A DNA stretch of 64,000 nucleotides from an uncultured Acidobacteriota bacterium (GTDB lineage: Bacteria > Acidobacteriota > Thermoanaerobaculia > Multivoradales > Multivoraceae). This document shows, piece after piece, positions 7,907-16,882 of this stretch. Made by a program: the position numbers and the translations under genes. The stretch lies in contig CAWKPF010000002.1 of NCBI GenBank assembly GCA_963851415.1, forward strand, positions 65,497 through 129,496. The letters run 5' to 3'. The notes under the pieces were generated by a model that had not been told where the DNA came from, did not search any database, and saw nothing but the letters and a program-made list of their open reading frames with translations. Numbering within the stretch: position 1 is the first letter of the stretch; each line of letters starts with the position of its first letter.

Positions 7907-9285
7907 GCCGTTTGCTCATCGTCGAAGACGACCCGAAGCTGCGCGCTACCCTTCTCTTCCAGCTGCGCGACGCGGGCTATGCTCCCGAAGCCGCCGAGAG
8001 TGCAGAAGGAGCACTCTCGAGGCTGGAGGGCGACGAGTCGCCGCCAGATCTCCTTCTGCTCGACGTGCGCCTCCCGGGAATGAGCGGCGTAGAGCTAGTA
8101 CGTCGGCTGTGCGAGCAGAACCGATTGCCAGCCACGGTGATTCTCTCGGGCGAGGCGACCATCGGCGAAACCGTGGAGGCTCTCCAGCTCGGCGTCCACG
8201 ACTTCCTGGAAAAGCCCTTCCGGGCCGAGCGACTGCTGCGCTCGGTGCGCAACGCTCTCGAGCACACCTCGCTCCGGCAGAAGATCCGTACGCTCGAGAA
8301 CGAGTTGACCGGGCAGCCGGAAATTCTCGGCAACTCCGAGCCGATCGCCAGGCTGAGGGAACAGATCGAGCGTACGGCAACCACGGATGCGCGGGTGTTG
8401 ATACTCGGTGAAAGTGGCACCGGCAAAGAGCTGGTCGCGGACGCACTGCATCGCCAGAGCCCCCGCCGTAACCACCCCTTCATCAAGGTCAATTGTGCCG
8501 CCATTGCGCCGCAGTTGATCGAAGACGAGCTCTTCGGCCACGCTCGCGGAGCGTTCACCGATGCGCGCAGCGACAAGAGCGGGCTCTTCGAGGAGGCCAA
8601 TGGCGGCTCCCTCTTTCTCGACGAGATCGGCGATATGGATCTCTCCCTACAGGCACGCCTCCTCCGGGTCTTGGAGGACGGCCACGTCCGGCGTGTCGGG
8701 GAGACGCGGGAACGCGCGGTGAACGTTCGCGTCATTGCCGCCACCCATACCGATCTCGAAGCCGCAGTCGAGCAGGGCCGATTCCGGCAAGATCTCTTCT
8801 TCCGCCTCGCGGGGGTGCCCCTCGAGGTGCCGCCTCTGCGCCAGCGCGGAGCTGACATCGAGCTCCTGTTCGAGCACTTCGTCGATCTCTACAGTCGACG
8901 TCATCGAGCCCGTTCCCGACGGATCGCACCAGAGGTCTTTGCCGTTCTCGAGGCCTACCCCTGGCCCGGAAACGTGCGGGAGCTGAGCAACCTGTGTGAG
9001 CGCCTGGTCGTTCTCGGCACCGACCCCATCGACGTGAAACAGCTGCCTGAGCCCTATCGCAACCCCCGGGCGACGCTGACGGAGAATCTTCTGGCGATGA
9101 AATCCGCAGAGCCCATCCTCCCGCTGCGAGACTTCCGGGCCCGCGTCGAGAAGGAGTACCTCGAAGCAGTGCTCGAGAGCACGGGGTGGAACGTGTCCGC
9201 TGCCGCCCGTGCCCTCGGCATCCAGCGAACTCATCTGCATCAGAGGTTGGTGACCCTGGGTTCCAAGCGCCCGCCCGACCGCTGA
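7903..9285 (+). CDS. sigma54-dependent response regulator (NtrC family)
   Basis: ATGA overlap with the kinase gene. Receiver domain (LLLLDVRLPGMSG), AAA+ Walker A GESGTGKELVA, GAFTDA loop (GAFTGA variant), C-terminal Fis-type HTH AAARALGIQRTHLHQRL. Confidence 0.9.
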   Translation: MSRLLIVEDDPKLRATLLFQLRDAGYAPEAAESAEGALSRLEGDESPPDLLLLDVRLPGMSGVELVRRLCEQNRLPATVILSGEATIGETVEALQLGVHDFLEKPFRAERLLRSVRNALEHTSLRQKIRTLENELTGQPEILGNSEPIARLREQIERTATTDARVLILGESGTGKELVADALHRQSPRRNHPFIKVNCAAIAPQLIEDELFGHARGAFTDARSDKSGLFEEANGGSLFLDEIGDMDLSLQARLLRVLEDGHVRRVGETRERAVNVRVIAATHTDLEAAVEQGRFRQDLFFRLAGVPLEVPPLRQRGADIELLFEHFVDLYSRRHRARSRRIAPEVFAVLEAYPWPGNVRELSNLCERLVVLGTDPIDVKQLPEPYRNPRATLTENLLAMKSAEPILPLRDFRARVEKEYLEAVLESTGWNVSAAARALGIQRTHLHQRLVTLGSKRPPDR

Positions 9286-9344
9286 GCAAACAGGCCCGAG
9301 AATCGACTTCCGGTCCCGCTCGGAGTCACTGGCGCAAGGCAAAC

Positions 9345-10142
9345 CTATTTCCAGGTCACTTCCATGGCGAAGAAGTGATCGAAGACCTCGCGCTGTGGGT
9401 GGTTCGCCTCGTTGACCGCTGGAGAGCGGATGTAGAAGTCGAGCTGCATCGCGGCGGGATTCACCGCCCCCGCCTCGTTCGGCCCGGTCGCCTCCGGTTG
9501 CACGATCAGCGTCTCGCGGTCACGCATCCCCTGGGTGACCATGAAGTGGATCTGATAGTCCTCGTGCAGGGGCTCCCCGTCGAGCGTCGCGCTTCCCCAT
9601 CCCCAACCCGCGACGAAGAGAATGCTCTTGGGCCAGTTCGAGTCGCCACAGCCGGAATCGCCGTGCTCGAAGAGCCAGGCCGCGATGCCCCCGTCCTGGC
9701 ACGGGGAGAACTCCTCGAAGCGCTCCATCTCGACCCGGTATCGCCCTTCGGGTAGATCGAGCACCGCTTCGAAGGTGCCGCGGTTGGCGATCTCGTCGAC
9801 ATCGATCTCGATCGTGCCGTCGACCTCGCGCAGGTTCGTCGCGTCATCACCCATGTGATCCCAGCCCGGCTCGTCGTCCAAGGAGCCGACCTGAAAGACG
9901 CGGCTCCCTGATATGACGAAGCGGCCGTCGTAGAGGCGGTGCTGGGACGGGGTGTAGACGCCGCCCGCCGTGCCGGGCTGCGTGCGTGCCCCCCGGGCCG
10001 CTTCACTGACGGAAGCGGAGCCCTCGGCGGGTGCGTCCTGACTTGCCGGACTGCCTTCGGGGCTCGGCACCGCGGCAGGCTCGCCTGCGCAGGAGGCAAG
10101 GAGGGCGGAGAGCAGCAGCAGGACGAAAAGAGGGTTGTTCAT
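9345..10142 (-). CDS. lipoprotein of unknown function
   Basis: Track ORF 9345..10214(-), trimmed to ATG 10142 after GGAG. Lipobox MNNPLFVLLLLSALLASCAG. GC3-biased. I recognise no family. Confidence 0.6.
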   Translation of the reverse strand: MNNPLFVLLLLSALLASCAGEPAAVPSPEGSPASQDAPAEGSASVSEAARGARTQPGTAGGVYTPSQHRLYDGRFVISGSRVFQVGSLDDEPGWDHMGDDATNLREVDGTIEIDVDEIANRGTFEAVLDLPEGRYRVEMERFEEFSPCQDGGIAAWLFEHGDSGCGDSNWPKSILFVAGWGWGSATLDGEPLHEDYQIHFMVTQGMRDRETLIVQPEATGPNEAGAVNPAAMQLDFYIRSPAVNEANHPQREVFDHFFAMEVTWK

Positions 10143-10275
10143 CGTCAATCTCCGGGCTGGCGCGAAGAGCCTCGAGCGCACCGTCGCTCCGCCCCTGCCC
10201 TGGCTCGAAGTCATAGGGGACCGCCTTCATCACGTGCTCGGGCAACTCCGTCTACGCTAGCAGAGGCCAATTCGA

Positions 10276-11610
10276 TCACCGATCGACGAGTCGGGCCTGA
10301 CGAAGAATCTCCCGCAGCTTGGGACGCGATCCGGTCAGCAGCAATCCCACCCGAAACAGCCGGGCCCCGAAGCGGATCGCCATCCAGGTCGCAGCCACCA
10401 GCACCAAAAATGCGCCAACGATCTCGAGCCACGTGACCCCATCGGGCTCGAGCGTGAGTCGCATCAGGAGGGTCAACGCCGAGGTGAACGGAATCCAGGT
10501 CAAGACCCGAGCGATCGTGCCATTGGGCTCGTTGATCAGGAGCGCCATGAAGAAGAAGGGCACCACCATCAACAGGGTCCACACCATGCTGAACTGCTGG
10601 CTCTCCTTGAGATTGCCGCCGATCGACCCGCTGGCCAGGATCAAGCTGCCGATGAAGAGGTAGGTCGCGATGAAGAACGTCACGCCGACCCCGATCATCT
10701 TCCACGGGATGGGGACCCCGGCCAGCGCCAGGATTCCGGCGGCGACGAAGGAGCCTCCCAGGATCATCGACGACCACACGAAGACCTGGAGCAGCCCGGC
10801 GCCTCCCAGACCGATCAGTTTCCCCATGAGCAGCTCGTCGGGGTCGGCCGAGGACAGCACCACCTCGATGACCTTGTTCTCCTTCTCCGTCGCCGTGCCC
10901 TGCAGCAGGTAACCGCTGGTCATCATCAGCGAGATGAAGAGGAGAATCGCGAAGATCCCCGGGATGGCGAAGCGAGCCACGAGCTCGGCCACGCTGAAGG
11001 GCTCGATCTCGCCATCGTCGGCAATGATCCACTGCTTGCGCTCCGCAATGGTGTTGTCGAGACGAGCCGCGATGTCCTCCGGAACCCTGCCAGAGAGCAT
11101 GCGATCGCGCAGCAGGCGGCGAAACTGGTCGGTCGCCATCTCCGCCGAGGTGATACCTCCGTCTCTGCGATAGCTGTCGACGCGACCGCTCGTCATGTAG
11201 TCGGGAGAGATGTGGTAGATGCCCTGGAGCCGCTCCGCCACCACCGCTTCCTTCGCCTCCTCGAGCGAGTCGAACGGAGTGAAGACCGCACTGCCCTCCT
11301 TGAGCGAGCGCACCATCGGGTTGTTGCTCGCCGCCAGTTCGAGGGCCGCCTGCGCTTCCGGCGGCAGGTCGAACACCGGCAGCTCCACCTCTCCTTCGAG
11401 GCGCAGCACGTCGGCCTCGTCGACCACGGCGTAGAGGTTGACCTCCGACTGTTCGGACTTGGCCACGAAGTAGCCGGGAATGCTGACCAGAAGCCCATAG
11501 AGCCCCAGGAACAGAGGCATGCCGAACGTCGTGATCAGGTACCCCTTGCGTTTGACGGTGCTCCAGAATTCGAAGCTCGCCACCGCCCGGACCTTCTGCC
11601 AGCGAACCAT
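10276..11610 (-). CDS. ABC-2 type transporter permease (NatB-like)
   Basis: 444 aa. N-terminal TM helix, a large soluble loop, then five C-terminal TM helices. It abuts the ATPase gene with no gap. Confidence 0.75.
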   Translation of the reverse strand: MVRWQKVRAVASFEFWSTVKRKGYLITTFGMPLFLGLYGLLVSIPGYFVAKSEQSEVNLYAVVDEADVLRLEGEVELPVFDLPPEAQAALELAASNNPMVRSLKEGSAVFTPFDSLEEAKEAVVAERLQGIYHISPDYMTSGRVDSYRRDGGITSAEMATDQFRRLLRDRMLSGRVPEDIAARLDNTIAERKQWIIADDGEIEPFSVAELVARFAIPGIFAILLFISLMMTSGYLLQGTATEKENKVIEVVLSSADPDELLMGKLIGLGGAGLLQVFVWSSMILGGSFVAAGILALAGVPIPWKMIGVGVTFFIATYLFIGSLILASGSIGGNLKESQQFSMVWTLLMVVPFFFMALLINEPNGTIARVLTWIPFTSALTLLMRLTLEPDGVTWLEIVGAFLVLVAATWMAIRFGARLFRVGLLLTGSRPKLREILRQARLVDR

Positions 11611-12636
11611 CTACGACACCTCCCTCGGGCTCACACTCTCCGTGTCGCCCAGCAGCGCCGCCTCGGCAGCGACCGAGGCCTGCTCGCCCACCGTTCCCTT
11701 GACCACCTGCACGAAGACCTCGTCCATCGAAGCGAGCACGCGCTCGAAGCGGGTCACCGGCGTTCCGGCTCGGATCAGCTCCGCCAGCACCTCGCTCGGC
11801 TCGGCCCCCGGCTCGAGACGGAGAAGCCAATCCTGCTGGCGCGCATCTCTACTCGAGCGCAGGCGCGCCCCACTCACTCCGGCCACCTCGGGCAGAGGCC
11901 CGGGAGCCTGCACCGCGACCTCGAGCGGGGTGTAGCGCTGGCGAACTTCGTCGACTTCGCCGTACTCCATCAGCGTGCCCTGGTGCACCAGCGCCACCCG
12001 ATCGCACAGCTCTTCGACCATGTTCATCTGGTGGGTCGACAGAATGGTGGTCAGTCCGCGCTCGCGCCGATCCTCGATCAACGCCTTGACCAGGCGCACG
12101 TTGACCGGATCCAGGCCCGAGAACGGCTCGTCGAGCACACAGAGCTCGGGCTCCGTCAGAAGAGTCGCGGCGATCTGCACCTTCTGGCTCATTCCCTTGC
12201 TCAATCGCTCCACCCGCCAGCTGGTGACCTGCGGCAGCTCCACCTTTTCGAGCCACTCCTGCGCCTTGGCTCGCGCGCTGCGACGCGCCAGCCCCTTGAG
12301 CGTGCCGAAGTAGACCAGGATGTCGATCACCTTCATCTTGCTGTAGAGGCCACGCTCCTCGGGCAGGTAGCCGACCCGGTCGAGGTGCGCCCGGTCGAGC
12401 GGCTCCCCGAACAGCCACACCCGTCCCGATGTCGGGCGAATGATGTCCATGGCCACGCGGATCAGGGTGGTCTTTCCCGCCCCGTTCGGGCCGAGGAGCC
12501 CCAGGACCTCGCCCGGCTCGATCCCGAACGTGACTTCCCGGACCGCCTCGACGTCGCCGTAGCTCTTGCCGACGCGCTCGAAGCCGAGCACCTGCGCGGC
12601 AAACGACTCGCTCGTGGCTGCCGGGCTCTCCGTCAT
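11611..12636 (-). CDS. ABC transporter ATP-binding protein (NatA-like)
   Basis: Walker A GPNGAGKTT, signature LSKGMSQK, Walker B LCVLDEPFSGLD. ATG 12636 is preferred (GGAGGAG upstream). ATG 12669 is an alternative. Confidence 0.85.
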   Translation of the reverse strand: MTESPAATSESFAAQVLGFERVGKSYGDVEAVREVTFGIEPGEVLGLLGPNGAGKTTLIRVAMDIIRPTSGRVWLFGEPLDRAHLDRVGYLPEERGLYSKMKVIDILVYFGTLKGLARRSARAKAQEWLEKVELPQVTSWRVERLSKGMSQKVQIAATLLTEPELCVLDEPFSGLDPVNVRLVKALIEDRRERGLTTILSTHQMNMVEELCDRVALVHQGTLMEYGEVDEVRQRYTPLEVAVQAPGPLPEVAGVSGARLRSSRDARQQDWLLRLEPGAEPSEVLAELIRAGTPVTRFERVLASMDEVFVQVVKGTVGEQASVAAEAALLGDTESVSPREVS

Positions 12637-12748
12637 CGTCGCTCCTCCGCCGTGAGATTCGGGTGCCATCCTGTCACCAGTCCTCCGTCGTACGTCCTAC
12701 GGACCGTGCTCATTCGGATTCGCGGATGGATGGCGGGCCCGCCCGAGG

Positions 12749-13636
12749 CTAGTCGTCGCGCTGCAGGCGACGCTCCAACTTGCCGAAGCGTGATTTCGTG
12801 TCTCGGTCGACCTTCGGATAGCGCAGCCCCAGCCCCTCCATTGTCTGCACGATGATCTGCGCGACCGTGAGCCGCATGTAGCGCTTGTTGTCCGCCGGGA
12901 TGGCATACCAGGGAGCCCAGGGGCGCGAGGTGGCACGGAGCGCATCCTCGTACGCCTTCATGTAGTCGTCCCAGAGCTCACGCTCCGCCAGGTCGCCCTC
13001 CGAGAACTTCCAATTCTTCTCCGGCTCCTCGAGCCGCGCGAGAAAGCGCTCTTTCTGCTCCTTCTTCGACACGTTGAGCCAGAACTTGAGGACCACCGTG
13101 CCGTTGCGCGCCAGGTGCCGCTCGTGGTCGCGAATCGACTCGTAGCGCTCCTGCCAGAGCTGCTCGAGATCGGAACTGCCGGTCACGTCGCGGGGCAGCC
13201 TCTGGCCCTCGAGGTACTCGGGATGCACTCGCACCACGAGCACCTCCTCGTAGTAGCTCCGGTTGAAGATCCCGATCCGGCCACGCTCCGGCAGGCACTT
13301 CGATGTCCGCCAGAGGAAGTCGTGGTCGAGCTCCTCGGCGTTGGGTTGCTTGAACGAGAACACCTGACAACCCGCCGGGTTCACGCCGCTCATCACGGCT
13401 CGAATGGTGCCGTCCTTGCCCGCCGCGTCCATCGCCTGGAAGACCAGCAGCACCGCATGGTGATCGTGGGCGTAGAGAATCCGCTGCAATTCGTCCAGGC
13501 GCTCGGTCTGCTCTTCGAGCTCCTCTTCCAGCTGCTTCTTCTTCGGCGTCCCTCGAGGCGGCTCCGTCGGCGAGCTCGCCAGATCGAAGTCTCCGTCGAA
13601 GGGGACGAGATAGGGACTCGAGACGGGATCGGACAT
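12749..13636 (-). CDS. ppk2: polyphosphate kinase 2 family protein
   Basis: C-terminal 295 codons of track ORF 12749..15646(-), starting at ATG 13636 after AGGAGGAG. PPK2 motifs [42 protein letters not shown]. Confidence 0.85.
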   Translation of the reverse strand: MSDPVSSPYLVPFDGDFDLASSPTEPPRGTPKKKQLEEELEEQTERLDELQRILYAHDHHAVLLVFQAMDAAGKDGTIRAVMSGVNPAGCQVFSFKQPNAEELDHDFLWRTSKCLPERGRIGIFNRSYYEEVLVVRVHPEYLEGQRLPRDVTGSSDLEQLWQERYESIRDHERHLARNGTVVLKFWLNVSKKEQKERFLARLEEPEKNWKFSEGDLAERELWDDYMKAYEDALRATSRPWAPWYAIPADNKRYMRLTVAQIIVQTMEGLGLRYPKVDRDTKSRFGKLERRLQRDD

Positions 13637-13707
13637 GAGCGCTTCTCCTCCTTGCTTCGAAACCGACAGCCTAGCGCAGGCCGTCGGTTCCTCCGACCGC
13701 TCGGGCT

Positions 13708-15222
13708 CTACTGCAGTCGCATCAGCGCTGCAGTCGCGAGCACGACCATGCAGATCAGATAGAGCTTGATCAACAGGGGAACGATGAAACGCGCCCAGCG
13801 CTGGTAGGGAATCCGACCGAGCAACAGCATCCCCATGAGCAGGGCGTTGGTCGGCACGATCATGTTGGTCAATCCGTCGCCGAACTGGTAGGCCAGGATC
13901 GCGGTCTCTCGACCGATGCCGGTGAGATCGGCGAGCGGCGCCATGATGGGCATCGTCACGTAGGCCTGGCCACTCCCGGAAGGGATCAGGAAGTTGCACA
14001 CGGTCTGCACCGCCAGCATCCCCCACGACGCGAGCACCGGGGCCACCGCGCCCAGGCCGTCGGCCTTGTTGAGCAGCGAGGCCACGCCGTGAATCACCGT
14101 GTCGATCACCCGGGCGTCGGAGAGCACCACCTCGATGGTCCTGGCGAAGCCGATCAAGAGCGCCGTTCCGGTCATCTCGGCGGCCCCTTCGGTGAACGAT
14201 CGCGCCATCTGGTTGGGACTGAGCTTGCCGATCGCGCCGGCGAACAGACCGAGGCCGAGGAACAGGGCCGTCAGCTCGACCAGGTACCACCCGTGCGCGT
14301 CGATCCCCCAGACGAAGACCGCGATCATCGCCACCATCGCGGTGACGATCGCGATCCGCGCCGGCGTCAACTCCAGGTCTTTCGGCATCTCGAAACCGTC
14401 CGAATAGTCGACGTCGGCGACCAGCCCCTTCTCCGGTGCGGCCCGAAGTCGTGCGACGTAGCGCATCACATGGTGGACGCTCACTACGAGCATCACCCCG
14501 AGCAGCGCCCACCGCAGGGTGAATCCCACCGAAGGGCTCTGGCCGGCGATCTCCTTCGCGATCATCACGGTGAATGGGTTGATCGAGGCACAGCCGTAGC
14601 CGATGCCCGCACCGATGTAGATGATCCCCATCGCCACCATCGCGTCCATCTCCAGGGCGATACACATCGCTACCAGGATCGGCACGAACGGCATGTACTC
14701 CTCCGCCATCCCGATCGTGGCGGAACCGAGAGCGAAGAGAGCCATCATCCCTGCCACCAGGAGCATGGGGCGACCGCCGAAGATACGAATGGCGCCGCCG
14801 ATCAGAGCGTCGATCGCACCGGTCTTGCGCACCACTGCGATCACACCTCCGACCATGAAGACGAAGAAGATGATCTCCCCTGCCGCCTCCAGCCCACTGG
14901 GCACCAGGGTCAGCGCGGCATGCCACGGCAACGGCTCGGCTTCCACCCGGTGGTAGGAGCCCGGTACCACCTGGCGTCCCGGTACCCCCTGAGTGCTCCC
15001 TGCCGGAAGCGTCACGGTTCGGCCCTCGGTCCCCGCCATCGGCTCGCCGTCGACGCGCAGCTCCTCGTCTGCAGGCAGGGTGACCTCGCTGGCCGCGGCG
15101 AGCTCCTCGCTCGACAGCTCGCGATCGAATTCCCCTGCGGGCAGGAGGTAGGTCGCCAGCTGCGCCAGTACGACCATGGTGCAGATCAGGACCAGCGCGT
15201 CTGGAAATCGGCCTCGGCTCAC
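13708..15222 (-). CDS. YfcC-family (C4-dicarboxylate anaerobic carrier-like) membrane transporter
   Basis: 504 aa and polytopic. N-terminus [35 protein letters not shown] resembles YfcC-family N-termini. GTG start. Confidence 0.7.
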   Translation of the reverse strand: MSRGRFPDALVLICTMVVLAQLATYLLPAGEFDRELSSEELAAASEVTLPADEELRVDGEPMAGTEGRTVTLPAGSTQGVPGRQVVPGSYHRVEAEPLPWHAALTLVPSGLEAAGEIIFFVFMVGGVIAVVRKTGAIDALIGGAIRIFGGRPMLLVAGMMALFALGSATIGMAEEYMPFVPILVAMCIALEMDAMVAMGIIYIGAGIGYGCASINPFTVMIAKEIAGQSPSVGFTLRWALLGVMLVVSVHHVMRYVARLRAAPEKGLVADVDYSDGFEMPKDLELTPARIAIVTAMVAMIAVFVWGIDAHGWYLVELTALFLGLGLFAGAIGKLSPNQMARSFTEGAAEMTGTALLIGFARTIEVVLSDARVIDTVIHGVASLLNKADGLGAVAPVLASWGMLAVQTVCNFLIPSGSGQAYVTMPIMAPLADLTGIGRETAILAYQFGDGLTNMIVPTNALLMGMLLLGRIPYQRWARFIVPLLIKLYLICMVVLATAALMRLQ

Positions 15223-15313
15223 GCGTCACTCTCCATTCCTGGGGCCTCTGGGTCGGTTCCTGCGAGAAGTCGTCCGGCGATTCTAGTAGGCTCGCACCCC
15301 TACCGAGGAGATT

Positions 15314-15967
15314 GTGATGAAGATCAGAGCTACCGCCGTGATGAGAACGGTGCTCGCAGCGGCCTTTCTGTGGGCGGCACCGACGGTTCACGCAACCGCC
15401 ACCGATCCAGCGCTGACTCCCGAGGAGACCGAGCAGCTCCAGGGGCTGATCGAAGAGTCCCGAGCGATGTATCTCGGGCTGCTGGCCGGGGTGAGTGACG
15501 CGCAGTGGGGCTTCAAACCGGCGGAGGATCGCTGGTCGGTGGGGGAATGCGCCGAGCACATCGTGCGCTCGAACGAAGCCCTGCTGGCTGCCGCCAAGCA
15601 GGCCATGTCCGGGGAACCAACGGACGACTGGGAGACCAAGACGCAAGGCAAGACAGCGCTCTTGCTGCAGGTCATGCCCAACCGCAACCCCGGCGGCGCC
15701 GGCGGCGCGACCGCCCCCCAGGAGATCCGGCCGACTGGAGAGCTCTCGCGCCAGGAGATCGTCGACCGCTTCGAGGAGCTCTACGTCGAGCTGACCCAGA
15801 TGGCCAGCACGTCAGACCCCTACAAGTCACACACCCAGGAGCATCCGTTCCCGATCTTCGGCACCCTGAGTGCCTACGACTGGATCATCTATGTGCCCCT
15901 GCACACCATCCGCCACTCGAAGCAGATGATCGAGGTCATGGAGACCGAGGGCTACCCGGCGAAGTAG
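15314..15967 (+). CDS. DinB-family (DinB_2-like) protein with signal peptide
   Basis: Signal-like N-terminus. [11 protein letters not shown]... and ...[14 protein letters not shown] supply the His residues typical of the DinB four-helix bundle. Confidence 0.7.
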   Translation: MMKIRATAVMRTVLAAAFLWAAPTVHATATDPALTPEETEQLQGLIEESRAMYLGLLAGVSDAQWGFKPAEDRWSVGECAEHIVRSNEALLAAAKQAMSGEPTDDWETKTQGKTALLLQVMPNRNPGGAGGATAPQEIRPTGELSRQEIVDRFEELYVELTQMASTSDPYKSHTQEHPFPIFGTLSAYDWIIYVPLHTIRHSKQMIEVMETEGYPAK

Positions 15968-15970
15968 GCC

Positions 15971-16870
15971 GTGATCTCACGCTCCTGCTCCTCGATCGGA
16001 CCGACCGTCGTCGGACTCCTCGTTCTCGCGATCGGCCAACCGGCCCTCGGCGGCGACGCCCTGAGCGAAGGGGATCGTGCGTATGCCCGAAGGCACGAGG
16101 GAGCGAGCGCGACGGGCGTTGCCCAGGCGGAATGGATCGACCGGGCCGTCGCCTCCTACCAGAAAGCTCTCGCGGAGGACCCCGATTCCCTGGAGATCCG
16201 CACCAGGCTCCTTCACGCCCTGATGTTTCGCGGCCAGTACGTTCCGGGCACCAGGGAAGAGCGCAAGCGGGTCTTCGAAGAGGGGCGCTCCGTCTTCGAG
16301 GAGGGGCGCGATCGGCTGAGCGAGCGACTCGAGTTGCCCAAACCACTCTCCAAGCTCGATCCCCCCGAAGTCGCCGAAGCCGTCGCCTCGGTTCCCGGCG
16401 CCGGCGCCTTCTTCTTCATGGGCTCGGTGCACTGGGGACTGTGGGGAGAGAACTTCGGCAGTATGGCCTCGGTGCGCAAGGGGGTCGCGACCAAGATCCG
16501 AGACCTCGGAGAAACGGCACGTCTGCTCGACGAGAGCTACAGCAACGGCGGCCCGCTGCGACTCCTGGGGCGTCTCAATCTGGTCGCGCCTCGAGTCCCG
16601 TTCTTCACGCGGTGGATCGATCGAGACAAGGGCCTCGCCTTCCTCGAAGGGGCGTTTCGCATCGCTCCCGACGACCCGCTCAACCAGTTCTTCCTCGCCG
16701 ACGGCCTGCTCGAGCACGCTCCCGAGCGCGCGGACGAAGGGCGAAGCCTCCTCTGTCAGCTGCGCTCCGTGGAGCCGCGCCCGGGCATGGAGACCGAGGA
16801 CGCGGAAGCGCTCGCCATGGCCGCGACCTCACTGCGCGAGCGCGGCGGCGACGCGTTCTGTCGCGATTGA
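15971..16870 (+). CDS. secreted TPR-like protein (possibly TatT-like)
   Basis: 299 aa, hydrophobic N-terminus, helical-repeat composition. Its C-terminal part (YSNGGPLRLLGRLNLVAP...) resembles TRAP-T TatT-family proteins from memory only. Confidence 0.45.
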   Translation: MISRSCSSIGPTVVGLLVLAIGQPALGGDALSEGDRAYARRHEGASATGVAQAEWIDRAVASYQKALAEDPDSLEIRTRLLHALMFRGQYVPGTREERKRVFEEGRSVFEEGRDRLSERLELPKPLSKLDPPEVAEAVASVPGAGAFFFMGSVHWGLWGENFGSMASVRKGVATKIRDLGETARLLDESYSNGGPLRLLGRLNLVAPRVPFFTRWIDRDKGLAFLEGAFRIAPDDPLNQFFLADGLLEHAPERADEGRSLLCQLRSVEPRPGMETEDAEALAMAATSLRERGGDAFCRD

Positions 16871-16882
16871 GCCGCCAGTCCC

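Noticed and set aside
13637-15646. Upstream 670 codons of the 965-aa minus-strand ORF
   Set aside because: This is an off-frame overlap of the YfcC-type transporter gene on the same strand, with Arg/Gly/Asp-rich nonsense. The PPK2 gene starts at 13636, where there is a strong SD.
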